From Nemertoderma westbladi (lineage: Eukaryota; Animalia; Xenacoelomorpha): DNA of 44,138 nt. Shown here piece after piece: positions 24,436-35,861 of the stretch. The notes beneath the pieces were generated by a model. The model saw nothing but the letters and a program-made list of their open reading frames with translations. It ran no database searches and had not been told where the DNA came from. Within the stretch, counting starts at the first letter, position 1. Each line of letters opens with the position of its first letter. The DNA is taken from contig JAUCBJ010002205.1 of NCBI GenBank assembly GCA_032718475.1, positions 1-44,138 of the forward strand, written 5' to 3'. Position numbers and translations under genes: made by a program.

Positions 24436-26414
24436 CAGTCGGGGTCTCAAAGTGCATCTGTTCTTTGAGATTTTCTCAAAGTTTTTCTAAAAGTGTCTAA
24501 AAGTCATTACATTACTCCCAACGGCCGCTTTGAATTCTTGTAGACACTTTTAGTTGGGAATCTCAAAGTGATTTCCTGCTTTTAGGCACTTTGAATTCTT
24601 TGAAATCTTTGAGAAATGTAACTTTGAGGTAGTTTGCGGCACTTTTAATTCTTTGAGAAAATAAACTCCGAGGTATTCCTGATTGACAGCTCGTGGTAAG
24701 TTAACTGAGAGGCAGAGGCATTCTCGGGGAACAATATTATGCGGGCAACAAAGTAATACTTGTGTGCTGGCCAGTTGTTGCATAGAAGCTATATTCCCAT
24801 TAATTTATCAAATTGAGGTTCCTGAGGTCATTACGGGATGGGTTTTAGGTCGCAAGTACAAATTGAATTTACGGCACCCTAAAGTCTTTCTAAACAACAT
24901 TCATTCAAATAATACATGAAACATAATTAGTGAAACAAGATTAATGCTTGACAAGATTGATTATTTTAATAATATAATACAATATAAGATTAACAATTAA
25001 TATAAGAGAAACTGCACTGTAGTATCTCTGTGTATATGCAGTTTCATTATAATGACCTAAAGAAGCCCTGTTGGGAGAAAGCTTGTAATAACATTTGTTA
25101 TTCATTTCATTAGTCACCTCAGGTCAAACCGTACTACCTTAACTGATTAATTAATATGATAACTATGGTGACGAGAGCGCGAGAATTCCTTCTTAAAAAC
25201 GAAGAAAGGCTTTCAACTTTCAAGTACGATAGTACGCTACACTCTGGTGTTGTTTTAACCTATCCCCTAATATCCCCTGCCGCTGGCGTTTATATTTGAG
25301 CATATTATTTTAAATGTTTGCCTGATATTCAATTGATGTGTACCGCTAACCTATCAATCACAGCTAGTGAGTAGCGACCCACGGACGGTGACCTTCAAAC
25401 AAACAGGTGCAGAGCCGGAAAGAACTGTCGGAGGCTTTGCTTGGCTTGTGGTACCATTTGATTACATAATAGATTTTGGCAGACTGGGCGGTCGCTCTGA
25501 CCATATGCATTGCGCACCAACAATGCCTAAAAAATCTATGGGAACAGCCAATTAGTGCGCTTGAATCATTTATCTTTATTCCTGCCTCTATCGTTATTCT
25601 TTACTTTGTATAACACAATTTACAGTGCGGCAAAGTATGGCTATGGTGGTTGACCATTGAAATGCATTGGTAAAGGTATTCGGCGTTCACGTGGGCTAAA
25701 CAAATTTAAACAGTACAGTTTTAGCACTATACATTAATATAGATAGGGCAACAGACAAACTGTCTATGACACAAACACCAACACATTCCGATAGCCCGCA
25801 ATCATGGCGTCTCTAAAGAGTCCAAATATAAATTAATAAAATCCACTATATGAAACAATAAAAATACCTACAAAAAATACTGCTGTATTAAATATTAGTT
25901 ACTGCAGTAACATATAACAATTACTGCAGTAACAAATATTTATTACTGCAGTAACAAATATTTATTACTGCGGCAGTAACAAATATTTATTACTGCGGCA
26001 GTAACAAATATTTATTACTGCAATAATCAATATTAATAAATAATTGAATAAACATTTATATTGCAGTAACAAATTATTTATTACTGCAGAAAAAGACAAT
26101 TTTTTATTACTGCAGTAAGTTTAATTCTTACTTTCAGTAACAAATATTTATTACTGCAGTATTTTTTGGAGGCATCTTTATTGTTTTATAGAGGTTTTTA
26201 TTACTTATATTTTACCCTTTAGTCAAAGTCAATATACACCATACCATAGCCAGCTTCAGGCAGAACTGTATGAAATGACTGACAGTACTACTTTGAAATC
26301 TTTGAAATCTTTGAGGACACTTTGTCATTTTCTTGGACCACTTTTAGAAATTTGAGACACTTTTAGTTCTTTGAGAAAATCTCAAAGAACAGATGCACTT
26401 TGAGACCCCGACTG
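24436..26414. mobile_element. Non-autonomous TIR element with TA duplication (Tc1/mariner-like ends)
   Basis: TA-CAGTCGGGGTCTCAAAGTGCATCTGTTCTTTGAGATTTTCTCAAAG ... exact reverse complement ending GACCCCGACTG-TA; no internal transposase. Confidence 0.9.
25813..26222. mobile_element. Nested ~410-bp foldback element with internal TTACTGCAGTAACAAATATTT repeats
   Basis: Imperfect ~75-bp inverted arms (CTAAAG...CTTTAG) around ~21-24 bp tandem units with a palindromic TTACTGCAGTAA core. Confidence 0.7.
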
Positions 26415-28188
26415 TATTTTTGGTTTTCTAAACAAAATATATTTTCTAAATTTTTTTAACCGTTTATGTTTAAAAACTTTGCACATTGAATATTTTGAAC
26501 AAAAATCGATTGCAGGTAACAGTTTTATTTTTCGGAGTAATCACGGCTGAATGGATGAATTTTGTGATGTATTCTTTAAATTTTCTGAATTTACTAATTC
26601 CCCCCACGCCTTCCTGCCAATACTGCAATGCAACATACTGTATCACGTTACAAGAGTAAACAGACTAGAGAAGTAATTTAAACATGACGGCTCTAAACGG
26701 GTAATTTATATTTTTTACACTAAAACTGAAACTTTCTGCGGCTGTCATTATTTCTTCAGAATTTAATGGCGATTCTAAATATATAAATTGTTGCTCCTCA
26801 ACTTGTTCAGTTATGGAGATATGATGATTTTACTATGCCATGACTGCATAAAATACAAATGAAGATTATTTTACTGAAAAATGAGTTTGCTGGCCGATTA
26901 GAGGATAGACTAGACTTCGCCAAATATAAAAAAACTGACAACGGAAATAAAATTAACGACCAGGAAATTTTGCCAAACATAAAAACTGATTCCAGAAATT
27001 AAAGCGCCGCCCACGAAAATTGCTGCCGTGTGCTTAGTTTTGTTAATTAGAAGACCGTTACGGCTTATTGCTGTCAAAAAACGTATGTTTGTTTGTACAG
27101 TATGTTTCTGCTTTGTGCACATTGATATTGGCTTCAAATTTGTTTGGTAAGTTCTGATTTCACCGGTACCTGTCATCCAAAATATGGAATATGATTTACA
27201 CCCGAAAAATTACCGGAAATATCTAAATTTTGCACAAAAATTAAATCAGGCTTTAAAATTTCGCCAGATAGTGGAAGACATAGTCAGATAGTGGAGGACA
27301 TAGTCAGAAAATCCGCATAAATTCCCTTTTACCAAATGCCTTTTTACCGACGATATATCTGTATAGTTTCAGCCTAAATTATTGATTATAATAATAATTC
27401 TCAACAATCTAAGCGGGAGATGATTTGCTATTGAGATGATTTGAGATGATCTTCAGACGTTTGCCTTCTAGCAGCAGAATGGAGTATTGTAGACGGATTA
27501 CACCACCACATAAAGGGTGGGGGGGGGGGGGGGCACCCCCAAATTGAACCTCACATTTTTGTGTCTCTGGACCCTAAAATGGGGTGGAAATTATTTTTTG
27601 TGCTACTAATCATCGTCTGGACTGTGTAAGAATAACCAAACCAAATATTTTTAAAATTGGCCCCAAAATGGTTCCGCAATGGCCAAAAGTGCCTTTTTGC
27701 ACCAAGGGCTATTTCTCCACCAATATGTATTTGTTGAAATTTGTCGAAATTCCTCAAATGCTCGGGGGTGTTTAAAGTTTAAGGAACAATTCAAACCTTC
27801 CCGCTATTTTAGATAATACAATTTTTCTATGTTCAACAATAACTTTGTCAAAAATGAATGAAATTCAACGACATTTTTCTTGCTGGCTAAACAGATAACT
27901 AATAAAACAACGTTTTAGCAATTTTATTAATATCTGTACGTGAGAGCCTTTTTTTATGAAAAGGGACCCGTACAATTGTAAAATATAGTGCTGATCGAAT
28001 GCTTGTCAAACATCACACTAGCTCTTCCGTTTTGGGTAATAACTTGAGTCTGAGAAAAGATATGATAAAACTGTTTGCAGATTTGAAATCTCCATTAAAT
28101 TCGGCACATGATAGAATAATAAAAGTTTTTTGTCAATTTCCAAAATGGTGGGGTGATAGCCCCCTCTTAAGTCGCTGACTGTGTTCTA

Positions 28189-28602
28189 CAGTACAGGCCA
28201 CCAGAAAAAGCAGATTTCATCAAATGTGATCACATGTGAACACATTTGTTCAAGTCATCTGATTAGCAGGTCACTACATTAATTCAATGGCGAGATATCT
28301 TCTAGATCACACAGCATGAGGCTGACTTGCTGGGACCGACAAAAGCTTTGTGTGCGGTGCCGCAAACTTACAGAGAGTTTCCAGATTACTAAGCGTTTCA
28401 AAAGTATTCAAATGTATCCTTTGGCGAAAAAATTTTGGTTGTTGCCAATTCAAATATGTTCAAATGTCCCGTTCAACAACATTACATTACACTGGTTGGT
28501 ACACATTTGTACAAATGTGTTCACATTTGTACAAATCTGCGTTTTCTGGTGGCCTGTTACAGGCCACCAGAAAACGCAGATTTGTACAGTCCGCCTGTAC
28601 TG
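28189..28602. mobile_element. TA-flanked MITE (CAGTACAGGC...GCCTGTACTG) with an internal inverted TIR duplication
   Basis: TA at 28187-28188 and 28603-28604; TIR ACAGGCCACCAGAAAA.GCAGATTT present three times. Confidence 0.75.
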
Positions 28603-28886
28603 TAGTACTCTGCCGTGCAATGTAAAAAGACCGCAAGTCACAAAAAGTCATTTCGAGTAAAACGCAAATTAGTGTTTGCCTTTAGATTGTTGGTTTAAAA
28701 TGGCTGTAAATTACTAATTTTTTATAACCCTACGCAATTGGGGGTGGGAAATTTTTCTACGTGATTATTTTTCACTTTACATTAATATTTTGACTTCAGG
28801 GTTATTTTTTGTACTTACGGTGTTTTTGCATATTATTTATTTTATTTTTAATATTTTTTTATTTATTATATTTTTGCATACACACA

Positions 28887-29755
28887 CCATTCGTATTCAT
28901 AATAGTTGCGGTTGACTATGTCCTACGCATGTCCTTAGATCATCATAATGGTAATGGTAACATCCACCTACTGGCTCCAGAAGTCGAGGAAATTCAGCCA
29001 TATACCTGAGGAGGACCTTCGAATACGTAACGGAAAGGCATGGGCAGCACTGAATTGGATTTCCAAGATTTGGAAGACACACAGAATAGCCTACATCGGA
29101 AACTTAAGGTCCTATTATTTGGAGCAGCAATAGTTCCAGTACTCCACTATGGGAGTCCATGCTGGGCTCTACAGTACTCCTCTATGCTGGGCTATAACTG
29201 CTGAGGAAACCAAAACTCTGGATGGCATATTCCCAAGATTGTTGGGTTCACTGTGTCAAGTACAATGCACACATCTCCAACCAGACGCTATATAACATTG
29301 GAGGTGTCTCATTGGTCCCCCAAGCTTGACACATATAGAAAGCCGCCTCCGCTTTGCAGGACATTGCTTTCGCCGTGAGGACCAGCCAGTGCATAATCTT
29401 GTGCTTTGGCGGCCTCATGGAGTGAATAAGCATGGTGGACAGCCAATGACTTTCGTGAGACGCATCCTAAAAGACACCGGCCTTGAAGGTGTGGATAATC
29501 TCGCGAAAGCCATGGTGGATAGTGAGGATAGGATAGGATAGGATAGGATCATCAGCAGATGATAGTGGCAATGGTGGTATTGGTCTATTGATGAATCCAA
29601 CTGCACATGCAGCATTGGACAAAATAGACCAAATATGATAATGATTTATATAAATCTCGCTATCTCGCGAAAGCCATGGTGGATAGTGAGGGAGTTGTGG
29701 CAGTGCAACTTTGTTGATATGCCGGTAAAGCATTCTTAATGCACGCTGCATTTGG
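28887..29755 (+). mobile_element. Decayed second copy of the RTE LINE at 8786-9839, with an internal deletion removing the FADD region
   Basis: Clear nucleotide similarity (GTTGACTATGT.CTACGCATGTCCTTAGATCAT; CGCCTCCGCTTTGCAGGACATTGCTTTCGCCGTGAGGACCAGCCAGTGCATAATCTTGT); jumps from the equivalent of ~9002 to ~9256. Confidence 0.9.
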
Positions 29756-30715
29756 CTTGCCAGTTGAGGATTGCATGCAAAATATTTTTGTTAAGCCAAC
29801 ATATCAATGTGTCGCCTCAATGCAACAGGCCGATTTCAGATAGAAGGATGCACCAAGGGTAATATAACCTAGAACAGGTTATATTCTCTGTATATTCGAA
29901 TTTGGAAGGTTGTATTTTCATATTGTATTGATTATTTAAATAATTGTTAAAAGGAGGAAGGAGGTATGCTGAGGATTTAAAAGGGCTGAAGAATATATCT
30001 TTGTATTCTCTACACCTGAGAGGAATTGGTTTACAATGCAATTGAGTAAGATAGACGATACAATTACAGAATTAAAGGAGGCTTTTGCTAATGACATTTC
30101 TGTATGTGTCGTGTGTCGAATAAATATTAAAGATTATAGAAAACAAAGATATAAATTATAGGTTCCTATACACCATGTCCTGGAATATAGTGCCGTTATT
30201 CAGGTACCCCCCCCCCCCCCCCCCCCAAATTGTTCTACAAATCGTAAATCTACAAATCTTATTTAAAACAGGGTTAGTTTCGACTCCCTCCTCATTAGTC
30301 ATTACTGGGTGAGCCGGAAAAATGTGTCTCCATCGATATTATACCAGTCGCACTGCAGTTATTCTGCAACTTTATTGTGATTTGTTCAAGGATTCCAAAT
30401 ATGTAAAAATATCAGAATTTGGTTGGGAAATTGCTTCTGCTGCAGGCCATTTATTCTATTTAAGAAATAAATTATAGAACATTTTGCTTATGTATGTATT
30501 ATCATATAGGCATTTCATTGTTGCCCAGATTGTGCATTTATGAAATATAATAAATGGCCTGCAGCTGAAGCAAATGTATGTAATTTATATATATATTTAT
30601 ATATAATATATGCTATTTCCAAACGAAATGGATGGGAGGTGGATGTGACTGTATTAACTGGTTAGATTGCACAGAAAAAGCCAAAACTGTTATAAAGGTA
30701 CGTAGGTCCTGTCTC

Positions 30716-31360
30716 TCAGCTAATCCCCTGAGACCAAACGAGTTTCGGTCGGGGATGGCAGACAAACTCGAGGGAATCTATAGACCGTGGAGCCAAGTCC
30801 TCCGGACCGGGGACCCAGGTTACAGGGTCGAACTTACCGCGACGACTGAGTGTAGTGGGCACCATCCACTGTATATAAGCGAAGCCCTTACCGAACTCAT
30901 CCTGCAGGAATCCCCGAACCGTAGCGTAGTAAGTTCGCCCATCCAACCCCACCAAAGATACAACGTCGTTTATAGTAAACATGATACCGTCGTTAAATAA
31001 ACTATGTTTAATAACGACTGTAGCGCGACTGCTGGGGGATTGTGTCGGAGTTGATTTCTTGAATACTTTGTGTCTGCGGCTCTTCCCACGCTGGTCGCGC
31101 TTGGCCGTTGTGTCTACCAGCGCCCCATAGCGAGTATATCGGACACCGCGATTAACTCGGCTGCTACGACGGGTAGACGATTCGCCAATGGTACGCCCTT
31201 TGCCGTTTGTGCTCGGAATTCTGTTATATGTAGGTTTCTCTGTCTCTGGGTCAGGAAAACTTTCTGTATCTGTATCAGGTTTTTTAGAGTCACCATTTTG
31301 AGATAGCAGCACCCTTACTGGTGTGTATCCTGAGTCTTTAGTTCGTCTTTGGTGTTCCAT
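30716..31360 (-). CDS. GATAD1: GATAD1-like chromatin protein (C-terminal BAH-like domain), lacking the N-terminal GATA zinc finger; 214 aa, single exon
   Basis: GKSRRHKVFKK, DVVSLVGLDGRTYYATVRGFLQDEFG, WMVPT and FDPVTWVPGPEDLAPRSIDSLEFVCH match recalled GATAD1 segments (DGKPYYAQIRGFIQDQY; FDPASYIIGPEEDLPRKMEYLEFVCH). Confidence 0.85.
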   Translation of the reverse strand: MEHQRRTKDSGYTPVRVLLSQNGDSKKPDTDTESFPDPETEKPTYNRIPSTNGKGRTIGESSTRRSSRVNRGVRYTRYGALVDTTAKRDQRGKSRRHKVFKKSTPTQSPSSRATVVIKHSLFNDGIMFTINDVVSLVGLDGRTYYATVRGFLQDEFGKGFAYIQWMVPTTLSRRGKFDPVTWVPGPEDLAPRSIDSLEFVCHPRPKLVWSQGIS

Positions 31361-33923
31361 TGGCAGATTGGTACAGGTACGTAGATCAGGCAGACAGGAT
31401 CAGGAATGAACAGTTGGTCTGTCAGTACAGCAGTACCGGTACCGGTACACGATCAGTCGGTACTCCTACCAGTACTGCAGACTGCAGTACAGCAGTACGC
31501 AGGTACTGAGGTACCAGTAGCCAATTAAAAATACCAGTACTTCAGTCAGTCAGGCAGTGTACAGGTGTAGCAGAAGGCAGGTAGGCATGTAGTGTAGAGT
31601 GGTGGGCGTGGGCCAACCGGCAGACCGGTACCGTAGTCTGTTTGCTGGGGGCGTTCCTGTATGGGGGCCTCCATTTTGATTTTTTTTAAAGTCATTTTAC
31701 CAGCTCCCATCCAATGGCAAACCACTTATAAACTTTTGGTAGGCCAATTTACCGCTTCCCAGAAGAAACCACTTAGAAATTTGGTCAATTTACCGCTTCC
31801 TATAACAAAATACTTTTGTTTCAAAATAAGCTGCTCCCAACTGCGACTGCCCAAACCCCACCTATTTAGTTAGAGCGCTACCGCCCCTAATACACTTTTA
31901 AACCACACCATTCCCATTTTTAAAGTATATTCTGTGATTAAGAAATGTAATTATTTTAAAGTTTGTTTATTAACATAATATTAGTAATACTCTAATACAG
32001 TAATAACGATAGAAAAGTTTGTTTACTTTAAGCGTTACACATTTTCTTCACTTTCTTCTTACAATTCGACCTAAATGTGACGCAACAATGCTTGCAATGC
32101 ACTAGGCCCTATCCGGACAAAAAGTCTGAAAGTAGAAAGTTTTAGTTTAGAAAGTCAGCAAGTTGAAGTAGAGACTATGGTAGTTAGGGAGTCACTATAT
32201 CGGCGTTGAAGCGAGATATAACTTCGTTGGCCTTTTCGGATAACTTCATACACGAATCAAATGAGCTTTTTGGATAGATATACTGTACGACGATATTCGC
32301 ATTATTCAATATCTTATTAATAATATTTTCCTGTAATTCGAACTAACTGTTCTATTGAACTCGTACCTTCTCGTGACCGTCGCGTACTATGTGCAATCAG
32401 TCAAACGAATCAATAAATCGAGTAATTAAAGATTTCTCAAAACGATTACCAGTTGACAACGCGATTGTTCGCCTTCAGGAAGAAGACATAGTCCGTGGAT
32501 TACTGCTGGGCACTGGAAAATATATATAAGTTAAAGAATGAATTTCAACATCTTCGTCTTTTAATGAAAGTAATTTAATTTAATTTAATTTAAAATTAAA
32601 TTAAGTTTAATTATTTTAAATAATTATTTTATATATGGATATTTTATTATTTAGAAATTAAAATGGCCAATAAATCAATTAAAATAGGTTAATTAATTAA
32701 TTAAGTAATTCAAGTAGTAAAAGATATTAGCCGCAAAGATATACAATTAAGGAATATCATTAACAACGCACTTACAATACCGGTTCTAAATATAACTGAG
32801 TATGATTATTCGCCCATAACACAAGCCACGGAAAAATAATGATACAGTAGGCCTACTACAATATAAAGAATAATAAAATTACATTATGTTACCATTATGT
32901 ATTATTGTTCTTAATATTAATTATTGTTTTACCAATAATATTAATACCTATATTGTATTGTATACGCTCACTGGGATACCCCAGCCGCAGCCGTCGAGTC
33001 AGACATCCAATAGACCAACCATCAGACCAATAGACCATCCAATACCGGTAGTATTCCAAATCGTATCTGTGATGTGTTTCCAGTTGTTTCCGCTTTTTAG
33101 CATATTACAGTATTAAACTGTATGTACCGTCCCATGGGCTCCGTCCTGTCTGTGTCGAATCTAATTTAAATGAGGCCTAAGCGTTTTGCATGACATTTCT
33201 CTCATATCTCATCTGGACCAATCAAGAAACAGTATTCGACTATGCGTATGCATACGCGTATGTGAAATCGCTCAATGTAATATATAGATACGTGGATACG
33301 TACGCACATATGTGGATACGTACGGCATACGTTGAAAAGTAAATCCCTGAAATGAATGGACTTCGCTAACGAAGTCGGATCAGGCAGTATGCCAGTCCTG
33401 TAGTATAGTAGTCCTTATGGCAGTATGGTTAGAGTACATAGAGCTACCAGCAGACCGCTAATATTTAAAAGTAAACTATTAAACTGTAAGTTACATTGAG
33501 TGCTTGTTGATTCAGTTCAGTGCCTACAAAATGTGGCCTAGAATAGCAAGTACTCCCTTAACAACCAATCAAACGGCAGCTGCCCCATATCCATACTGAA
33601 AGCATTCATAAACAGGCAATATTATTGGTAATATTGGATGTTCAGAAATTGAGTGCTTGTGTTTTTACTCTCATGTTTGATGATTTAATATTTGAATGCC
33701 TCTTTAAAAAAACTTAGGCCCTACTCAAAAACGTAAACCTATTTTTTATTTTAAAACAACAGATTTTTACCTCCCCTGCACGCCTGCTACCTGCAGGCTC
33801 AAGGCTGCGGCCCTGCTGTTAGTCTGTCAGTGCTGTGTACCCGTTTAACAAATGTACGGTAACGGTACCGGTAGTGCGCAAGTGCGGTAGTTGCGTAGGC
33901 CTGCCTATCGAATATCATTGAAT

Positions 33924-35861
33924 ATGGCAAACAACCCCGATGGCGATGCAGTCATCGACAAACTTGTAGAGGATTTTGACGAGAACCGCAACAAAGTATT
34001 GACAGCATCTTCTGTTGTCGTTCTAGAAAAACAAAGTCCCGTTCTCAAACGATTCGGTCTACTATCGTCGACGGCCTGCTACCGTGTCCTCCGTAACCTC
34101 CATAAGTTTAAGGATTTAGACGAGCGATTATTAGCGCTGTCGCTTCTAACCAACTACATCGCCTGTGAATGCGGCACCCTTGGGTTAACCACTTCCGTTA
34201 ACCCGCTTCCTCCACTGGGCTTCCCGGGTCTACCAAAATTCATGCAGACTGGAAAATTTTTCGAGAATCTAACGCACGCATGGCGAGTTAACATAAACTC
34301 CACGCCTAGAGGTCATTACGCTTCTAACGGAGGCGTTAATTTCATCAAAGAATTAATAGCTAGTGTTGCGAATAGCGTAAAGTTACTGGAGGTCTACGGT
34401 ATAGACACAGAGGAGTTGGCGATGGTGGAGCGACTTCTTGCGATAGAGATGGATGGGGCGTTTATTGAGTGTGCGCGTAACAAGGCGTACTGGTCGACCA
34501 TAGAACGGGAGACAAACACCGTGTCTCCGTTCTCGGAACCAACCTTCCGTGCTGATTCCGACGAGGAATTCCTTCCCGGGTTCAACTCGGATTTTCCCTC
34601 CTCCAGCAGCGAGGCGTGGAGTTTGTATTCCGACGTCTCTTTGGATGCGGAATCTAACGCGGTCGGTATGAGTTCCTTGGAGACGCCGAGCCAGGTGGAG
34701 CCGCTGCATAAGGAAAAGAAAAGGGGAAATCGATCGGGTGGTGGGAGTAAAGTGGGAAAACAGGGGTCTAATAAACCTTCCAATTCCATCCGCAAATCGG
34801 TTTTACATAAATCTGTTTCCGGTATTCCGGCTCCCGGAACTCCGTCCATCAGTCTCGACCTAAATAAAAAAGCAACGTTATCGGCCAAGAAACCCCACAA
34901 AAAGCGCAACAAGCCAGACCTGGAGAAGAGTTCGATCTTGGATCCTGTTGGTTCCAGGATCCAGGTCCCCAGTAACCAACCCTCTAGCGTCGGTGTTGAC
35001 ATGGATTCGCCCGCGCCCAAACGAAAGGTGCGCCCCTCAGAAGTGCCTTGGACTCTTTCGATTACCCGCAATTGGAGGGGCGACCGCATAGATACAACCA
35101 CCCGCGTGGTTAAACAATGTGGTACGGTGGGTAACACAAATGGTACTGCGGTTAAACCAGGGGGTATAGTGGTTAAACCAGGAGATACAATAGTTAAACC
35201 AGGCGGTATAGTGGTTAAACCAGGAGATACAGTGGTTAAACCAGGCGGTATAGTGGTTGAACCCGGAGATACAGTGGTTAAACCAGTCGGTGTACTGGTT
35301 AAACCAGGAAGTAATATAGTTAAACCGGTTAATGCAGTTGTTAACCAGTTCGATTCTGTGGTTTATCCGTTTGTTTCGATCTTTAACCCAATGGGTTCGG
35401 TGGTTAATCCATTGGGTTCAATAGGTAACCCAATGGGTTCTATAGGAAACCCAATGGGTTCGATAGGAAACCCAATGAGTTCGATAGGTAACCCAATGGG
35501 TTCGATAGGTAACCCCATGGGTTCGATAGGTAACCAATTGGGTTCAATTGCAAACCCATTTGGGGCGATGGGTAACCAATTGGATGCGATGAGTTACCCA
35601 TTTTGTTCGATGGTTAATACGATGTGCTCGGTAGGTAACCCGTTGGGTGCTGTAGGTAGTGATTTATGCGCGATGCCGATGGGTAACCCAGTGTGTTCGA
35701 TGGTTTATCCAATGGGTTCGGTTATCGATCTTACTTCCCCTATAAAGCGAGTTAAACCTCCCGAAGCGAAGGAGAACACCCAACCGCGTGTAGTGAACGC
35801 GTTCTCACGTATGATGTCATCTAGCGGTCGTGGTGCTAAGAACAAGAGGGACATTAAATAA
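33924..35861 (+). CDS. Uncharacterised 645-aa protein (first ATG at 33924): helical N-terminal region, acidic then basic disordered middle, ~29 7-aa repeats, SIM-like VIDLT
   Basis: 1.9-kb stop-free, GC-elevated ORF in AT-rich surroundings; repeat units diverge at synonymous sites; AATAAA at 36061-36066. Confidence 0.8.
   Translation: MANNPDGDAVIDKLVEDFDENRNKVLTASSVVVLEKQSPVLKRFGLLSSTACYRVLRNLHKFKDLDERLLALSLLTNYIACECGTLGLTTSVNPLPPLGFPGLPKFMQTGKFFENLTHAWRVNINSTPRGHYASNGGVNFIKELIASVANSVKLLEVYGIDTEELAMVERLLAIEMDGAFIECARNKAYWSTIERETNTVSPFSEPTFRADSDEEFLPGFNSDFPSSSSEAWSLYSDVSLDAESNAVGMSSLETPSQVEPLHKEKKRGNRSGGGSKVGKQGSNKPSNSIRKSVLHKSVSGIPAPGTPSISLDLNKKATLSAKKPHKKRNKPDLEKSSILDPVGSRIQVPSNQPSSVGVDMDSPAPKRKVRPSEVPWTLSITRNWRGDRIDTTTRVVKQCGTVGNTNGTAVKPGGIVVKPGDTIVKPGGIVVKPGDTVVKPGGIVVEPGDTVVKPVGVLVKPGSNIVKPVNAVVNQFDSVVYPFVSIFNPMGSVVNPLGSIGNPMGSIGNPMGSIGNPMSSIGNPMGSIGNPMGSIGNQLGSIANPFGAMGNQLDAMSYPFCSMVNTMCSVGNPLGAVGSDLCAMPMGNPVCSMVYPMGSVIDLTSPIKRVKPPEAKENTQPRVVNAFSRMMSSSGRGAKNKRDIK

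Noticed and set aside
27511-28170. Kolobok-like MITE (TAAAGGG...CCCCTCTTAA)
   Set aside because: Terminal match is too weak and obscured by a G-run.
34383-35137. 108-aa and 247-aa minus-strand ORFs
   Set aside because: Antisense to the longer 645-aa ORF, with no recognisable motifs.
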